DNA of 42,348 bases, from positions 1 through 42,348 of the forward strand of contig CAJXAG010000002.1 of assembly GCA_913050645.1 (NCBI GenBank), read 5' to 3'. Below the pieces are notes generated by a model. It saw only the letters and a list, made by a program, of their open reading frames with translations, was not told the origin of the DNA and ran no database searches. Position 1 is the stretch's first letter, and each line of letters opens with the position of its first letter. This DNA is from an uncultured bacterium. GTDB lineage: Bacteria; Patescibacteriota; Minisyncoccia; Phycocordibacterales; UBA918. The position numbers were made by a program, and so were the translations under genes. Positions 41,519-42,348 of this stretch are shown here, piece by piece.

Positions 41519-42298
41519 ATGAAAGATAAAGAAACATACCAAGCGACCTCAGCGGACTCTTGTCCTGTTTCTAACGGAACAAAACTGCCAGAAATAATGC
41601 TTATCGACAAACCGTCAGGCATGACGTCGTTTGATATCATTCGCGTGTTGCGCAAGAAGTTAAACCCAAAACCTGAAGAAAAAACAGAAGGATGGTCTCG
41701 ATTGAAAATCGGACACGCAGGGACACTAGATCCCTTAGCTACCGGCCTAATGGTCCTTGGACTTGGGAAGGGTACCAAGAAACTTGCAGAGCTTGTAAAG
41801 CTGGATAAGGAGTATATTGCAGAGATTCGCGTAGGGGAGCGACGGAGCACCGGTGACCTTGAAGGTCAGGTGCTAGAGGAAGTGGTTGTGAACGAATTGG
41901 ACCATGAACAAGTGCGAGAGGAGCTACGAGGAATGATTGGTGTGCTGACACTCCCGGTTTCTGCATACAGCGCGATTAAAAAAGATGGAGTGCCTATGTA
42001 TAAGCGTGCTCGTAAAGCTGAAGCAAAAGGGGAGATAGTGGAAGAGGTACCCTATCGTGATATGGAAGTGATGGAAGCTGAACTTTTAGATATACAAAAT
42101 ACCTCGGTTAACCGCGGTAGTGATAACCAGTTTGTTGTGGTTACTGTGCGGTTTTATGTACGCAGTGGCGTCTATATCCGTTCATTGGCTGAAGAGTTTG
42201 GAAAGCTCATGGGGTATCCGGCGACACTGCAGAACTTGCGGCGTACGAAAGTGGGGGAGTTTTGTGTAGAAGACGCACAGCAACTTGAGAGTTTGTAA
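41519..42298 (+). CDS. truB: tRNA pseudouridine(55) synthase TruB
   Basis: LIDKPSGMTSFDII and KIGHAGTLDPLATGLMVLGLGKGTK (catalytic Asp motif) are present. ATG 41597 (MLIDKP) is an alternative start. Confidence 0.92.
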   Translation: MKDKETYQATSADSCPVSNGTKLPEIMLIDKPSGMTSFDIIRVLRKKLNPKPEEKTEGWSRLKIGHAGTLDPLATGLMVLGLGKGTKKLAELVKLDKEYIAEIRVGERRSTGDLEGQVLEEVVVNELDHEQVREELRGMIGVLTLPVSAYSAIKKDGVPMYKRARKAEAKGEIVEEVPYRDMEVMEAELLDIQNTSVNRGSDNQFVVVTVRFYVRSGVYIRSLAEEFGKLMGYPATLQNLRRTKVGEFCVEDAQQLESL

Positions 42299-42302
42299 GT
42301 GA

Positions 42303-42336
42303 AAAGCCACCGGCAACGCCGGTGGCTTCTATCTTT
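42303..42336 (+). terminator. rho-independent terminator
   Basis: aagccaccggc aac gccggtggctt followed by ctatctttg. Confidence 0.75.
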
Positions 42337-42348
42337 GTGGCAGAGCCA

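Noticed and set aside
1-42348. Search by eye for CRISPR arrays, rRNA genes, integrase, transposase and phage structural genes
   Set aside because: No regularly spaced direct repeats were seen. There are no rRNA-like conserved blocks and no tyrosine or serine recombinase or DDE motifs in any ORF of the track, so none is reported.

Overview
This is a 42.3-kb chromosomal window. Compact genes, short or domain-reduced housekeeping proteins (ProRS without the editing insertion, a mini HolB) and many lineage-specific hypotheticals suggest a small-genome Patescibacteria/CPR-like bacterium; this is inference only. The left half is mostly plus-strand housekeeping: frr, rseP, proS, mreB-mreC-(tiny MreD-position gene)-mrdA, greA, lysS, uppS and a dcw-type cluster mraZ-rsmH-ftsL-ftsI-murF. 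Nearly every unit ends in a clean rho-independent terminator. A tRNA-Glu(CUC) at 21397-21468 is followed by extra copies of its own 3' end. After it comes a visibly AT-rich accessory island (about 21.9-28.4 kb). The island holds a KTSC protein and a nucleotidyltransferase + 4-TM membrane protein pair (SMODS/CBASS-like). It also holds an EcoRI-family N6-adenine methyltransferase abutting a DUF262-HNH nuclease, with an A8G8 tract upstream. It ends with a RelA/SpoT-type HD small alarmone hydrolase behind a promoter-plus-terminator leader, and an AbrB/SpoVT-like mini-gene split by a 90-nt structured insert. Further right lies a FAD-linked oxidase with a Lys-rich tail. Next is a 6-kb block (Pif1/RecD-like helicase, hyper-acidic PG-binding protein, two small genes, YgjP-like peptidase, MsrAB) bracketed by two inverted copies of a ~180-bp MITE-like repeat. 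The window closes with a transaldolase-like protein lacking the catalytic Lys, a CaCA antiporter and truB. I saw no rRNA, CRISPR array, integrase or transposase. The best candidates for something new are the NTase+4TM cassette, the MTase/DUF262-HNH operon, the interrupted AbrB gene, the paired 122-nt intergenic elements upstream of rseP and the MreD-position gene, and the inverted MITE pair. All coordinates were hand-counted, and all homology calls come from motif recognition, not from searches.
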